Below are positions 17,737-27,355 of a stretch of 64,000 bases of DNA, piece by piece. The position numbers were made by a program, and so were the translations under genes. The stretch covers positions 1-64,000 of IMG/VR virus record IMGVR_UViG_3300010883_000009; one strand, 5' to 3'. Positions within the stretch are counted from its first letter, which is position 1. Each line of letters starts with the position of its first letter. This stretch comes from a virus. The notes under the pieces were generated by a model. That model worked only from the letters and a program-made list of their open reading frames with translations, was not told the origin of the DNA and did not search any database.

Positions 17737-19233
17737 TTAACTCCCTGATTTAAACAAATATCTAAACCACCGCGATCTCCCTCCCGGCAATGTATATTCG
17801 GGCGTGACGTATAGCGCGATGCCCGGAAGTTTACGGGTTTTGACGTTCTTGCCGAACTCCACCCATGTCTCTTGATATGATTTGTAAAGATCTTGGTAAA
17901 GAGACGCTGCATTTTGAGCATCTTCTGGACGACCATAAATTATGCGCTTCTCCTGCCAAGTCAACCCGAAAATCAAACGTTTCATAGCGGTTGCAGCGGC
18001 ATACAGTAGAATCCCAGCGTCCCAAATCGCAGGAGCGGCTTCTAAGGAACTGAATGCCTCACTTGCTGGCGGCAAACCATTCATCATCTTAAGTCCTAGA
18101 CGCAAGAACGAAAGCATCTCTTCTTTACTAAAATAGGAGAAGTTGAAAGCTGCCGAAATACTGTCTTCAGGTGCCATAAGGGAATCGAAATACAGCTTGC
18201 CCATATAGTCTGCATGCCATCCGTCATCAACAATTCGGTTGTTAACTCTAACTACAGGTCTTGGAAATTGATTCCAATTCTCATATGCAAAATTGTAAAC
18301 AGTAGAGAACGTACTTTCTTTCTTAGTATACTCTGTGTAGGTAATAGACGGATCTCCATCGCCGTCAGCCAACAGAAGCGTACCATAAGCAGTCGGATCT
18401 CCAGTCCCAACGCATGTTAACACGATCTTATGACTATACGGAGTCGTAGTCGTTGTAATTAGCTCTTCGGAAGTACTTGAACTAGTGGTATCTGATGAAG
18501 AAGATTCCCCTAAGGCTGACTCTGATGACGTAGAAGAGGAGCGCTGTTCGCTACTAGAACTATCTGAGCTAGATGAATCGACAGAGCTACTCGAACTAGA
18601 ATCTAAACTGGATGAGCTACTAGATTGGTTTGACGAGCTACTAGAGTAATTTGAGTATGGCAACGATTCATAGACAGTAAAGCTTTGACCGTTGTTCATG
18701 TACTTGTCGCCCTCGTAAGCTTCTTGCCCTTCGCTATCGATGACAAAATAGTAGTAGCTTTTTGTACGCTTCTGCTGATTGTCCTGCTGGATACGCATCC
18801 CTTGTTCAAAATACAAAGGAATATGCTGTGACTCATATATGAAATCGTTCGACAAATCAATTAATAGTTGGCTTGCCCTGTCGGAAACATCTGTCGCTTT
18901 ACCCTTTGACAGGAAATTGATGTACGATTCCAAACTGTACACATCGAACAGCATTGTCTGTTCTTCGATGTTAGAAGAAGAACTGAATTGGTATGTCCAT
19001 CGGTCATAGTAATGACCAAGAGGCAAATTGGCAGGAACGTACCAGTCCGCATACCATACGCCCAAGTTCTCTTCTTGAGCGGGTACAGTATCTAAAACCG
19101 TTACGCCGTCTGTGTCGAGGATCTCAACAAATGGTTGCCCCGCTGGATCGCAAAGCCTTCCATCACGACTAAAATGGCAATACAGTCGGACAAGTTCGTT
19201 CTGTAAAGCCGTTGTTCTTGTTTGAATTGACAT
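17737..19233 (-). CDS. Virion structural (neck/head-closure-like) protein with central poly-Ser/Thr linker
   Basis: 498 aa; N-terminal beta domain (GVWYADW...GHYYDRW), ~60-aa Ser tract, helical C-terminus. Confidence 0.5.
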   Translation of the reverse strand: MSIQTRTTALQNELVRLYCHFSRDGRLCDPAGQPFVEILDTDGVTVLDTVPAQEENLGVWYADWYVPANLPLGHYYDRWTYQFSSSSNIEEQTMLFDVYSLESYINFLSKGKATDVSDRASQLLIDLSNDFIYESQHIPLYFEQGMRIQQDNQQKRTKSYYYFVIDSEGQEAYEGDKYMNNGQSFTVYESLPYSNYSSSSSNQSSSSSSLDSSSSSSVDSSSSDSSSSEQRSSSTSSESALGESSSSDTTSSSTSEELITTTTTPYSHKIVLTCVGTGDPTAYGTLLLADGDGDPSITYTEYTKKESTFSTVYNFAYENWNQFPRPVVRVNNRIVDDGWHADYMGKLYFDSLMAPEDSISAAFNFSYFSKEEMLSFLRLGLKMMNGLPPASEAFSSLEAAPAIWDAGILLYAAATAMKRLIFGLTWQEKRIIYGRPEDAQNAASLYQDLYKSYQETWVEFGKNVKTRKLPGIALYVTPEYTLPGGRSRWFRYLFKSGS

Positions 19234-19242
19234 AAATCATCC

Positions 19243-19533
19243 TTAAACCAATCTTTTATCAAACCATCGCTTTTTCCCAAACCTTGCTTCTAAAGCTTCT
19301 TGGAGTCGATGGTTATCCCCTTGCTTTGCGGCTTGAATGCCTTCGTAAATATCAGGAAAAGTAGAATCGGAAGAATCGTATCTCCATAAATCACTATTTG
19401 TAATATCATACTGGAAAAGCAAATTCATTGCTTCCTGATCCAAACCAGAACCGTATTCTTGCTCAGATGGAAGACGACGATCTAGTAATCCTGATTCTTT
19501 CCATACATCGTTTGCTTTTCTAATAATCTTCAT
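19243..19533 (-). CDS. Leader-bearing hypothetical protein (MKIIRKA)
   Basis: ATGA overlap at 19530-19533. Confidence 0.55.
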   Translation of the reverse strand: MKIIRKANDVWKESGLLDRRLPSEQEYGSGLDQEAMNLLFQYDITNSDLWRYDSSDSTFPDIYEGIQAAKQGDNHRLQEALEARFGKKRWFDKRLV

Positions 19534-19874
19534 TCTGTTTCTCCGTCTGTTGGCCAAAGAGGAATGTCACCTAAATTCGTTTGAATACTTTCGGCAACTG
19601 CATCGCATGTATGCCGAGCGTTATCAATGTCGCCTAAAAACCTTTCATTGATGAAAGGGTTTTCTGACTGAACGTTTTGCAATTCTCGAATAGAACTCGC
19701 TACATTTTGAGCAGACTGAAGTTGCTTCCTTTGAATTTCTTCAGTAAGAGCCTGTTGCGTTTCAGCCGCGTAAAGTTTTTTCCTCGGAATCCACCCTTTG
19801 TCTTTGCCTATCTTCTCCCATTCACTTCTCGAAAGGACAAGTTGCTTTTTACCCCCAGACATAACCACCTTCAT
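19530..19874 (-). CDS. Class-2 leader protein
   Basis: MKVVMSGGKKQLVLSRSEWEKIGKDKGW. Confidence 0.6.
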   Translation of the reverse strand: MKVVMSGGKKQLVLSRSEWEKIGKDKGWIPRKKLYAAETQQALTEEIQRKQLQSAQNVASSIRELQNVQSENPFINERFLGDIDNARHTCDAVAESIQTNLGDIPLWPTDGETE

Positions 19875-19904
19875 AATAGCTCCTTAATCTTTTTGGCGTT
19901 TAAT

Positions 19905-20258
19905 TTAACAACTCGTACAGGCTTTCTTCTCTTTCTTACGATCTAAATTGTCTTCTTTTATGTGTTTTACGCAGCGCTCATATTTCTCTGGGTCTTCGTC
20001 CTTATCTACTGTCGTATGACAAACAGCCCAAGGGTTATAAGGAGTCTCATCAGCAGAACGTTTCTTCTTGCCCTTCTTAGCTTCTATATCTACTGAAGCC
20101 TTCTTCTTTTTCTTTGGCTTGTTGCGCTTTTCTCGGGTCTTCTTTACAATGTCTCTATCCGCAAGAGTACCTTCGCATTCAGGATACATCTGCGTATCAA
20201 GATGACCTTTAGGTTTCTGATATGTTCCGCAATTTGATTGAAGTCTGTAAATTTTCAT
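19905..20258 (-). CDS. Leader-bearing basic Cys-containing protein
   Basis: MKIYRLQS; Lys-rich; NPWAVC...YERCV. Confidence 0.55.
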   Translation of the reverse strand: MKIYRLQSNCGTYQKPKGHLDTQMYPECEGTLADRDIVKKTREKRNKPKKKKKASVDIEAKKGKKKRSADETPYNPWAVCHTTVDKDEDPEKYERCVKHIKEDNLDRKKEKKACTSC

Positions 20259-20270
20259 ATTACTGAGGAG

Positions 20271-21011
20271 TTATACCATGTCCTCATAATTGACTTCATA
20301 ATCAACTGTGATAGCTGCTGTATTTGTTTCCAAATGCAAAGCCTGATCAATGTCTAAAATCTTCAGATCATCAAAAAAGCTCTCAGTTACAATGCTAGCG
20401 GTTTCGTCAATGATCCACGCTTCTTGGTTAAGACCAAAAACCGTTTCATTGCTAGCAATCGGACTTCCGTAGGCAACATCTGCGGTTAATCCGAAAAGAT
20501 GTCCTGCGATGCTGTCTTGGTAACGAGGAGTTGTCATTGTATTGGCGTTCCAATACCGAATGTTTCCTGCGCTTGGGGTAATTGTGAAAAGACCTGTCGT
20601 GGCAGAATAAGCAACCGTGAATGTAACGCTCAATGCTGTAAATGCAGCATTGGCATCCATTTGGGTTTTCAATTCTGCGGCTAATTCCGTCCCCGTATAA
20701 AACCCGGCGTCAAGAGTTATCTCTTGCGGTAACGTATCAGCGTGTTGAAACCATAGCGAGTCATTACGGTCTGCTACGACTTGTCTGCCGCCTAATATCT
20801 TAGCAGAAAAGTTTCGTGCACCCGCCCCGCTGAAGGTAAACTTGATGCTGTTGATTTGCCAATCGTCATTTGTGCTAACGACAACATCCAGCCCAGATGC
20901 AGTAATGTCTTGAGAGCCTCGAACAAGCTGAGGCTTTCTCATCGCCATTACTCTGTCAATAGCAGGAACGGTTTGCTTTTGTATCCTGTTAGGGTAATCT
21001 TTGATAGCCAT
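20271..21011 (-). CDS. Putative virion structural protein (246 aa)
   Basis: Beta-rich; GFYTGTELAAELKTQM...FTVAYS...FTIT; AGGAG RBS. Confidence 0.5.
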   Translation of the reverse strand: MAIKDYPNRIQKQTVPAIDRVMAMRKPQLVRGSQDITASGLDVVVSTNDDWQINSIKFTFSGAGARNFSAKILGGRQVVADRNDSLWFQHADTLPQEITLDAGFYTGTELAAELKTQMDANAAFTALSVTFTVAYSATTGLFTITPSAGNIRYWNANTMTTPRYQDSIAGHLFGLTADVAYGSPIASNETVFGLNQEAWIIDETASIVTESFFDDLKILDIDQALHLETNTAAITVDYEVNYEDMV

Positions 21012-21051
21012 TTATTTCTCCTGAAATAGATTAGAGTACATGTCTCCGTTC

Positions 21052-21080
21052 TATTTCAAGAAAAAAGTGGCTGAATCCTT
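21052..21080 (-). promoter_or_regulatory. Putative late promoter (AAGG-N19-GAAATA)
   Basis: Recurrent motif. Confidence 0.55.
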
Positions 21081-21086
21081 TACCTA

Positions 21087-22148
21087 TTATGCGCGAGAGA
21101 TTGTTTTGACGCCTTTAGAATTGGCTTCTGAATCATTTCCTACAATCTTTTGAGACCTAGAGCCTCCCTCACCATGATATGAGACCCTAGATCCTCCGTC
21201 ATCTGTATCATTCATAGGAGTCAAATTCATCAATCCCGCTAGCTGCTCCTGATCGCTTGGACCCGTATCATCAACGGGAATGTCAATTTGAGCCGCCTGA
21301 GGAACATGGGTGTCTCCATCTATTGCATTTTCAGCTTCGCCCCTCGTACTGTATACTTCTAGTCCGGGCTTCTGGACTCCTTGTTCTGCGAGCACTCTGT
21401 ACTGGTCAACATCATTTGGAGCAATGAACTTAATTACATTAGACCGCAACATTGCCTTTAAATCACCACTCGTCTCAAGTCTCTTAGCAGAAATATTTGA
21501 GAGATTGATCGGCATATTAAGGTTTAGGTTTAAGTCAATGTCATTTAGAGTTACAGAACTACAACTGTCATTAACAACATAAGCGGGTATATCTATCGCT
21601 TCGGCTTGCTCTTTCATTTCTATAGCGATTGCTTTTTGCCTTGGGTCTTCAATCGTGCTGGGATCAATCTCTGCCTCTTTACCCTGCGCAGCCTTGATAG
21701 CCATCATAAGTTCTTCAATATTGGAAACAAATTGCTGATAGGCAGGCTCTTGGGTTTCAGAAAAGGCATCTGGAGTTGCAATTTCCTCTGAACGCTTCAT
21801 GGCATGCGAAATTTTATTTTTATCTGGAGCCGCTGTTACTGCAATTTGATCTACGGCTGTCCTTGGACCTTGTTGCGTCAAATTACCTGTTGCAAAAATA
21901 GCAGAGACAGGAGTATCCGAAGGAATCTCTTCTTTGATATTGAAAGGAGTAAACTGTATACTGGTTTCTTTATCAATGGCTTGACGGACAACGTTAGAGT
22001 TCAAGTTGTCTCCTGAAATTAACAAGGTTCCCTGCCCCGTTCCGTTATGAACAGAATCAACAATGAGAACAACTCTGCCCTCACTATCTCCAATAATCGA
22101 TCTTAGTTTTTTACTTAGTGAAACATTACATTCTAGACTAACGTCCAT
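21087..22148 (-). CDS. Hypothetical protein
   Basis: GAGGAGGT RBS before ATG 22148. Confidence 0.6.
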   Translation of the reverse strand: MDVSLECNVSLSKKLRSIIGDSEGRVVLIVDSVHNGTGQGTLLISGDNLNSNVVRQAIDKETSIQFTPFNIKEEIPSDTPVSAIFATGNLTQQGPRTAVDQIAVTAAPDKNKISHAMKRSEEIATPDAFSETQEPAYQQFVSNIEELMMAIKAAQGKEAEIDPSTIEDPRQKAIAIEMKEQAEAIDIPAYVVNDSCSSVTLNDIDLNLNLNMPINLSNISAKRLETSGDLKAMLRSNVIKFIAPNDVDQYRVLAEQGVQKPGLEVYSTRGEAENAIDGDTHVPQAAQIDIPVDDTGPSDQEQLAGLMNLTPMNDTDDGGSRVSYHGEGGSRSQKIVGNDSEANSKGVKTISRA

Positions 22149-23778
22149 GATTACCTCCTCTTGAAATTTCATTTAAACGGTTATATACTCTATCTATTGC
22201 AATGTCCCAAGTATAGTTCTCCCGAACCGTCTTGCCCAATATTGCAGATTTGATGTCAGCGCTATCGTAATCTTCGTAAATGCTACGCATGTGTTCTTTC
22301 GTTTTCTCAATAGCAGTACGCCCAAAATCCGGGAAAATCTGATCTTCATAGAAGCCGCAATGCTTGGCAAGCTTAGACATGTTGCCGTTAATCCTAGCTT
22401 CTGAATACGTATCTGGATCAACAAGATAACAGTTTTCTTCATTAAGTATATCCTTTTGTCCTGAACAATTGCTACCAATAACCGGCAACCCTGAAGATGC
22501 TGCCTCGTAATATGGCAACCCAAATCCTTCGCCTCTAGAGATTAGAACAAACGCATCTGATGCAGCATAAACCCCGGGCATATCCTTCTCTTTAATCGGC
22601 TGATCATAAAGAGCAATATGAGGCAACTCCTCGTCTTTCTTAAGAATGCCGCTTCGTATGCTCTTGAAATCCTCAAGAATAACTTGAGGCTTATGCGTTA
22701 CATCTGTACGAGACACAATGAGAAGACTTACATCGTCATCTGCACCAAATTCTTCCATGAAAGACTTTAACAGAACATCATACCCTTTTCTGTATCCCCA
22801 TTTGAAAACGCTAAGAAAGACAAACTTCTTTAACCCAAACCCAAATTTCATAGGACTGGCGTTAGGATGATATCTAACCGTATCTACTCCTAGCGGCATA
22901 ACATGGATAGAGGGTCTTACCCCATTTTTCTCGAATAACTCTTTACCTTGATTTGTAGGAACCCAAATCTCATCATAGAGATTGATTCTACCCACGTACC
23001 CTTCATGTAGCGTTTCTGAAGTCTCCATCATGGTGTACAATATTTTACGCCCTCCGTGAGCTAAGCGCAAAGGTACAGTAGCTCCATAAACTTTAGGAGC
23101 AGCAGGATCAATTTCAGTTTGAGACAGCAATTTAAGTTCGTTCTGAGTGGCTTTGTTAACTTCAACCGTTGATTCTTGAATGTCAGTTTTGATTTTTACG
23201 TTACGGTTTGCCAATCCAAAAGCATAAGCTCTGTTTTGACGACTGAAGCCGGAATAGGATGTAAAATGTCCGTACCAATGAGCCTCTATGGGCGGTCCAT
23301 CATAACTAGGAGTTTTAGGGGGCATAGGTGTCTCTTCCTCTATTTGAGTGTTAGGTTCCTGAGATTCTTCCTCGTCTTCTGGTTGAGATTCTACAATAGC
23401 GCCTGCTTTGTGAAATTCGCTTTTTGGTCCTTCCTCGATCATCATGGGAGGAGATTCTCCCTTGTCAGGTCGTTCCCATGCTTCTACAAAATCAGGCAAT
23501 TGATCTGATTCATCTTCTTTTGGCTCTAACCCAACAATATTTTCGAATCCTTCTTTGTCTACAATTTTGGGAGAGTCTTCTGATAATGAGTCAATGCTAT
23601 TGGAAGCTTCATAGAGAATAGGCCATACGCAATATCTCATCATGGCATCCCCGTCGAAGCCATCGCTCTCCATTTTGACAAGAGATTCTGACATTACTTG
23701 GAACGCATCAACAACGATTTGATTCGCTACACCGTCAATCTTTTCGGGATTATCTGAAGTTGTTTTATTCTCTTCCAT
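22138..23778 (-). CDS. Glycosyltransferase, GT-B fold (GT4-like), with acidic N-terminal extension
   Basis: RKGYDVLL and SRGEGFGLPYYEAASSGLPVIGS (E-x7-E) signature. Confidence 0.85.
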   Translation of the reverse strand: MEENKTTSDNPEKIDGVANQIVVDAFQVMSESLVKMESDGFDGDAMMRYCVWPILYEASNSIDSLSEDSPKIVDKEGFENIVGLEPKEDESDQLPDFVEAWERPDKGESPPMMIEEGPKSEFHKAGAIVESQPEDEEESQEPNTQIEEETPMPPKTPSYDGPPIEAHWYGHFTSYSGFSRQNRAYAFGLANRNVKIKTDIQESTVEVNKATQNELKLLSQTEIDPAAPKVYGATVPLRLAHGGRKILYTMMETSETLHEGYVGRINLYDEIWVPTNQGKELFEKNGVRPSIHVMPLGVDTVRYHPNASPMKFGFGLKKFVFLSVFKWGYRKGYDVLLKSFMEEFGADDDVSLLIVSRTDVTHKPQVILEDFKSIRSGILKKDEELPHIALYDQPIKEKDMPGVYAASDAFVLISRGEGFGLPYYEAASSGLPVIGSNCSGQKDILNEENCYLVDPDTYSEARINGNMSKLAKHCGFYEDQIFPDFGRTAIEKTKEHMRSIYEDYDSADIKSAILGKTVRENYTWDIAIDRVYNRLNEISRGGNHGR

Positions 23779-23800
23779 AGTAAAAACCACAAGTCCCCCA

Positions 23801-23828
23801 TATTATACAGCGTTTAAGGTGTATAATA
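23801..23828. promoter_or_regulatory. Back-to-back TGTATAATA -10-like elements at a strand switch
   Basis: TATTATACA-N10-TGTATAATA between divergent genes. Confidence 0.55.
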
Positions 23829-23850
23829 GAACAAAAAGGAGTTAAGAACC

Positions 23851-24159
23851 ATGAATAGATATTGGAGAGGAAGAACGAAAAACGGAAAATTTGTCAGTGA
23901 AGCGCATGGCGCTCAATGGCATGAAATAGAAACAGACTTAGAAGCTCTTGAACTTGTAACAGAAGAGAGGGTAATCAAACTTCCCGACGCCATGGAATAC
24001 GTGCAGGCTAAAACTGCATCTGCCGACCTTGGATCTAGCGATGTAACGATAGAATCAAGGTATATTGGGTTTTTTATCAACAACGACTCAAAAATTATCG
24101 TTAGAGTTGATGAAAAAACAGGAGATGTAGGTATAGAAATCGAATCAACCGATCCCTAA
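23851..24159 (+). CDS. Hypothetical protein (102 aa)
   Basis: AAGGAG RBS. Confidence 0.6.
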   Translation: MNRYWRGRTKNGKFVSEAHGAQWHEIETDLEALELVTEERVIKLPDAMEYVQAKTASADLGSSDVTIESRYIGFFINNDSKIIVRVDEKTGDVGIEIESTDP

Positions 24160-24416
24160 AAAATCCTGCATATTCTTAAAATACTTTGAGTATGTACGGT
24201 TAGGGTTAGAAGGTATGTTGTCTGGTCTTTCGCCAGAGCTAGAAAAGCTCTTCCATTCCGACCATGATTCTGCACATACATCCACAAATCCTTTCAGAAA
24301 GTTTATAATAGGAGAAAGTCCTTCAAACTGAGAAATAATACTGTACGCATTCGAGTCGATGAGAAGACTGGAGATGTCGGAGTAGAAGTCTCTTAACCCC
24401 AAAATCCTAATACATT

Positions 24417-27296
24417 ATGGCTTGGCTAAACATTAACGGAAATGATCTGGCTAATCGGGTAAAATTTACCGTCGATAACACGTATATCGACAGTAACCTG
24501 ACCGATTATCCGTTTATGATCCTCAAAGGGGGAGGGCATTCTGTGCCATCTGAGGTTATTAGCCACCTCGGAACATCTGCCAACGTCAAAAAGACCTACG
24601 TTACAACTTCTGATGGGATTACCCAATGTGATGTAGTCAATTCATACACAGATACCAACCTTAACTGGTGGATCATGTGGATCAAAGCTCCCATTTTGTC
24701 TGCATCCTCTTCGAATGAATTCTATCTATACTACGATACTTCAACAGTTGATAATCCTTCGCATTCCAGTTCGCATGATGTCTTCAATACATTAAATGAT
24801 ATCATCGCATACTGGAAATTAGACGACACCCACACATCTTCTACAGCCGATGACCTCTCGATACAAAACAATACCGGCACCATCACCAATGTAGAAAATG
24901 TAATTGGTGTCAAAGGGTTGAGAGCATTACGAAATGGATACTTCACTGTTGACAACTACACGGGAGGATTCCCTGCATACAACCCTACTGGCGGATATTC
25001 TATCTCAGGATGGGTAAGCGAAGACGTTGGAACTGGTGTAGGAACAATCTACAGAGAATGGCATACCAGCGGGAGCGCCATGTTCGAAATAAAAGGAACT
25101 GGCAAAGATGCTCCGCTCAGAGTAGTAATTACAAACGACAGTGGTACAGTCTTGTTAGACAAAACAGGACTGACTAACCTTATGCAATCTGGATCAAGTT
25201 GGCATAATATTGCTTGGACGGATAATAATGGTAGCGCGAATTTGTACATTGATGGCGTTGCAGATGGGCAAAACTTTAGTTATACTCCGGGGACTCTTAC
25301 TCTAAACCAAACAAGCGTAGGATTTGATTTCAGCGGATCTGTCGATGAATTTACCATTTACAATGCTGCTAAAAATGCTTCATGGTTGAAAGTCGATGCA
25401 GCCAAATTTCGCGGGAGTAACAACAATGCTCTAGACATAACATTTTCAACACCCGAATCTGCAAATGCTATCGATTACACAAACTACGGCGACAAATGGA
25501 TATTGGTAGATGCTAACGAGAGTACAAGTAGCTTAGCCTCTTTAAGAATCTATGATAATAATTGGTCATACGAAGAGACTATCACCGTTCCTGTAAACAA
25601 CATTGTTAACTACGGGCAGTTCGGGTCACATTCTCATACGAGTTCTTTCTATTATGTGGCTCCTATCGGCACATCGTTAGAAGAAGTAAGTTATGGCGGA
25701 GTTTCTCTGTCCAGCTTGGGCGTGAATTTAGCGGGAGCGGGAAACAACTTGGGAGATATTTTTGTAGACACAAACAATAATATCCTTTACGCAGCAGAAA
25801 GAGGGGCTGGCTTAGGCATGGCGAAATTGCGCAAAATAGACCTAAACAATCCGGGTACTAATTTAGCTTCGTTATCACTTGATACCGTAACTTCGGGGGA
25901 CAGTCGTCCTCGTTCCGTCTTCTTCGACAACAACAATTTGTTTTTGCAGATGTTTGACGAAACAATACTTAAAATAGACACTGATCTCAATTTAGTTGCT
26001 TCAACAAACCTGCCATCAGATGGTAAAAGATGGAACATTCGTTATTGGATTCAGGATGGATTCGGTTATGTTTTTTATCAACTTGCTTCTTCTTTGTCCA
26101 TATATGAAGCGCGTGTATCTAAATGGCAATTAGATTCCAATAATCTTCCCTTCGTTCAAGTCAATGATTATCTTCTTGTTAGCGAAGCAAGCTTGACCTA
26201 TTTCGATTTAGACATAGGTAGAGGAACGCCCTCTAGCTCTCCTACAACTCCTACTACGACAACCGAAACGACGACATCAGGAGCTACCTCCTCAACTACT
26301 ACCACCGGTACCACGACTCCTACTACGACAACTACCACGACAACAACCAGACCGCCTCGTTACGCAGTTCTTGAAAAAGTAGAAACGGTTGAGGTGTTAG
26401 CCGATGGAACAACAAAAATTGAGCAAGACGGTAGCGACAGCAAAGCAACCATCAATACTATAGATTCTGAATCTCTTGAATTAGGTCCAATTGCTCCCGG
26501 AGAAACGTCTATAACCAAAATTATCTACTTACGGGTTCCTGCATCAATTGGGATCGACAACATTAAGCTGAGCCTAATTGATAGTGGAGGGATTGATTTC
26601 AAAAATACAACATTTGGGGTTGAAACACTAAATTATTTAGACTATAATGTTGTACCGTCTACCTTCTTTCAGGGGATTAACTCCGAGAAGTTGCCGGATA
26701 ACGTATATAATTTCGATGTTCCCAACAATGGTGCGCTTCAGTCGCAGTACGTCTATATAAACGTATCTCTGCCTCGGAATCATGCCTTCGGGGGGAATAC
26801 TATACGGTATAAATGGTTCTTTGATTATGATAGCGGTGTTTCAGCGACAGCGGGATCAATCAGTTCAACTGGATCTGGTTCATCTGGCATTGCACAGACA
26901 GGAAGCGGAATAGGAGAAGATGTTACTCAAATTTCAGGACAGTCAACATATACAGCCAGCGGATTCAATAGAAGTGCCATTAACGGGAATTATTATGGGC
27001 CAGTTACAACCAACCCCGGACTTATCAGCCTATTGACCTCTAATTTCATAAAGGGATATTATCTAGAAGGGAATGACCCATCAGATGCAAAGCAGCCATG
27101 GCTTTGTAAAATCGGAACATCAACTTGGTCTAATTGGATTATATATTACTACGGTTCGCCTCCGGTATACGGAACTGTTATTAGATCTTCTTTACTTATC
27201 AACCCATTGACCTCTAATGACCCGGATCTTACACCTGTTGGACAATGGGAATACGAACCTGATTTCTATCCAAACCCAGCAGGAAGGGTTGACTAG
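24417..27296 (+). CDS. DUF2341/LamG (concanavalin A-like) adhesin or fibre protein with Thr-rich linker
   Basis: NLTDYP...WIKAP...YLYY (DUF2341-like), AYWKLD...WHNIAWT...LYIDGV...FSGSVDEFTIYN (LamG), Thr run near 26230-26350. Confidence 0.7.
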   Translation: MAWLNINGNDLANRVKFTVDNTYIDSNLTDYPFMILKGGGHSVPSEVISHLGTSANVKKTYVTTSDGITQCDVVNSYTDTNLNWWIMWIKAPILSASSSNEFYLYYDTSTVDNPSHSSSHDVFNTLNDIIAYWKLDDTHTSSTADDLSIQNNTGTITNVENVIGVKGLRALRNGYFTVDNYTGGFPAYNPTGGYSISGWVSEDVGTGVGTIYREWHTSGSAMFEIKGTGKDAPLRVVITNDSGTVLLDKTGLTNLMQSGSSWHNIAWTDNNGSANLYIDGVADGQNFSYTPGTLTLNQTSVGFDFSGSVDEFTIYNAAKNASWLKVDAAKFRGSNNNALDITFSTPESANAIDYTNYGDKWILVDANESTSSLASLRIYDNNWSYEETITVPVNNIVNYGQFGSHSHTSSFYYVAPIGTSLEEVSYGGVSLSSLGVNLAGAGNNLGDIFVDTNNNILYAAERGAGLGMAKLRKIDLNNPGTNLASLSLDTVTSGDSRPRSVFFDNNNLFLQMFDETILKIDTDLNLVASTNLPSDGKRWNIRYWIQDGFGYVFYQLASSLSIYEARVSKWQLDSNNLPFVQVNDYLLVSEASLTYFDLDIGRGTPSSSPTTPTTTTETTTSGATSSTTTTGTTTPTTTTTTTTTRPPRYAVLEKVETVEVLADGTTKIEQDGSDSKATINTIDSESLELGPIAPGETSITKIIYLRVPASIGIDNIKLSLIDSGGIDFKNTTFGVETLNYLDYNVVPSTFFQGINSEKLPDNVYNFDVPNNGALQSQYVYINVSLPRNHAFGGNTIRYKWFFDYDSGVSATAGSISSTGSGSSGIAQTGSGIGEDVTQISGQSTYTASGFNRSAINGNYYGPVTTNPGLISLLTSNFIKGYYLEGNDPSDAKQPWLCKIGTSTWSNWIIYYYGSPPVYGTVIRSSLLINPLTSNDPDLTPVGQWEYEPDFYPNPAGRVD

Positions 27297-27319
27297 AGGA
27301 TACAAGAGCTTAAAGCTAC

Positions 27320-27348
27320 AAGGACAAAAAACACAACAAATAGAAGTA
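27320..27348 (+). promoter_or_regulatory. Putative late promoter (AAGG-N19-GAAGTA)
   Basis: Recurrent motif, 7 nt before ATG 27356. Confidence 0.5.
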
Positions 27349-27355
27349 TATAACC

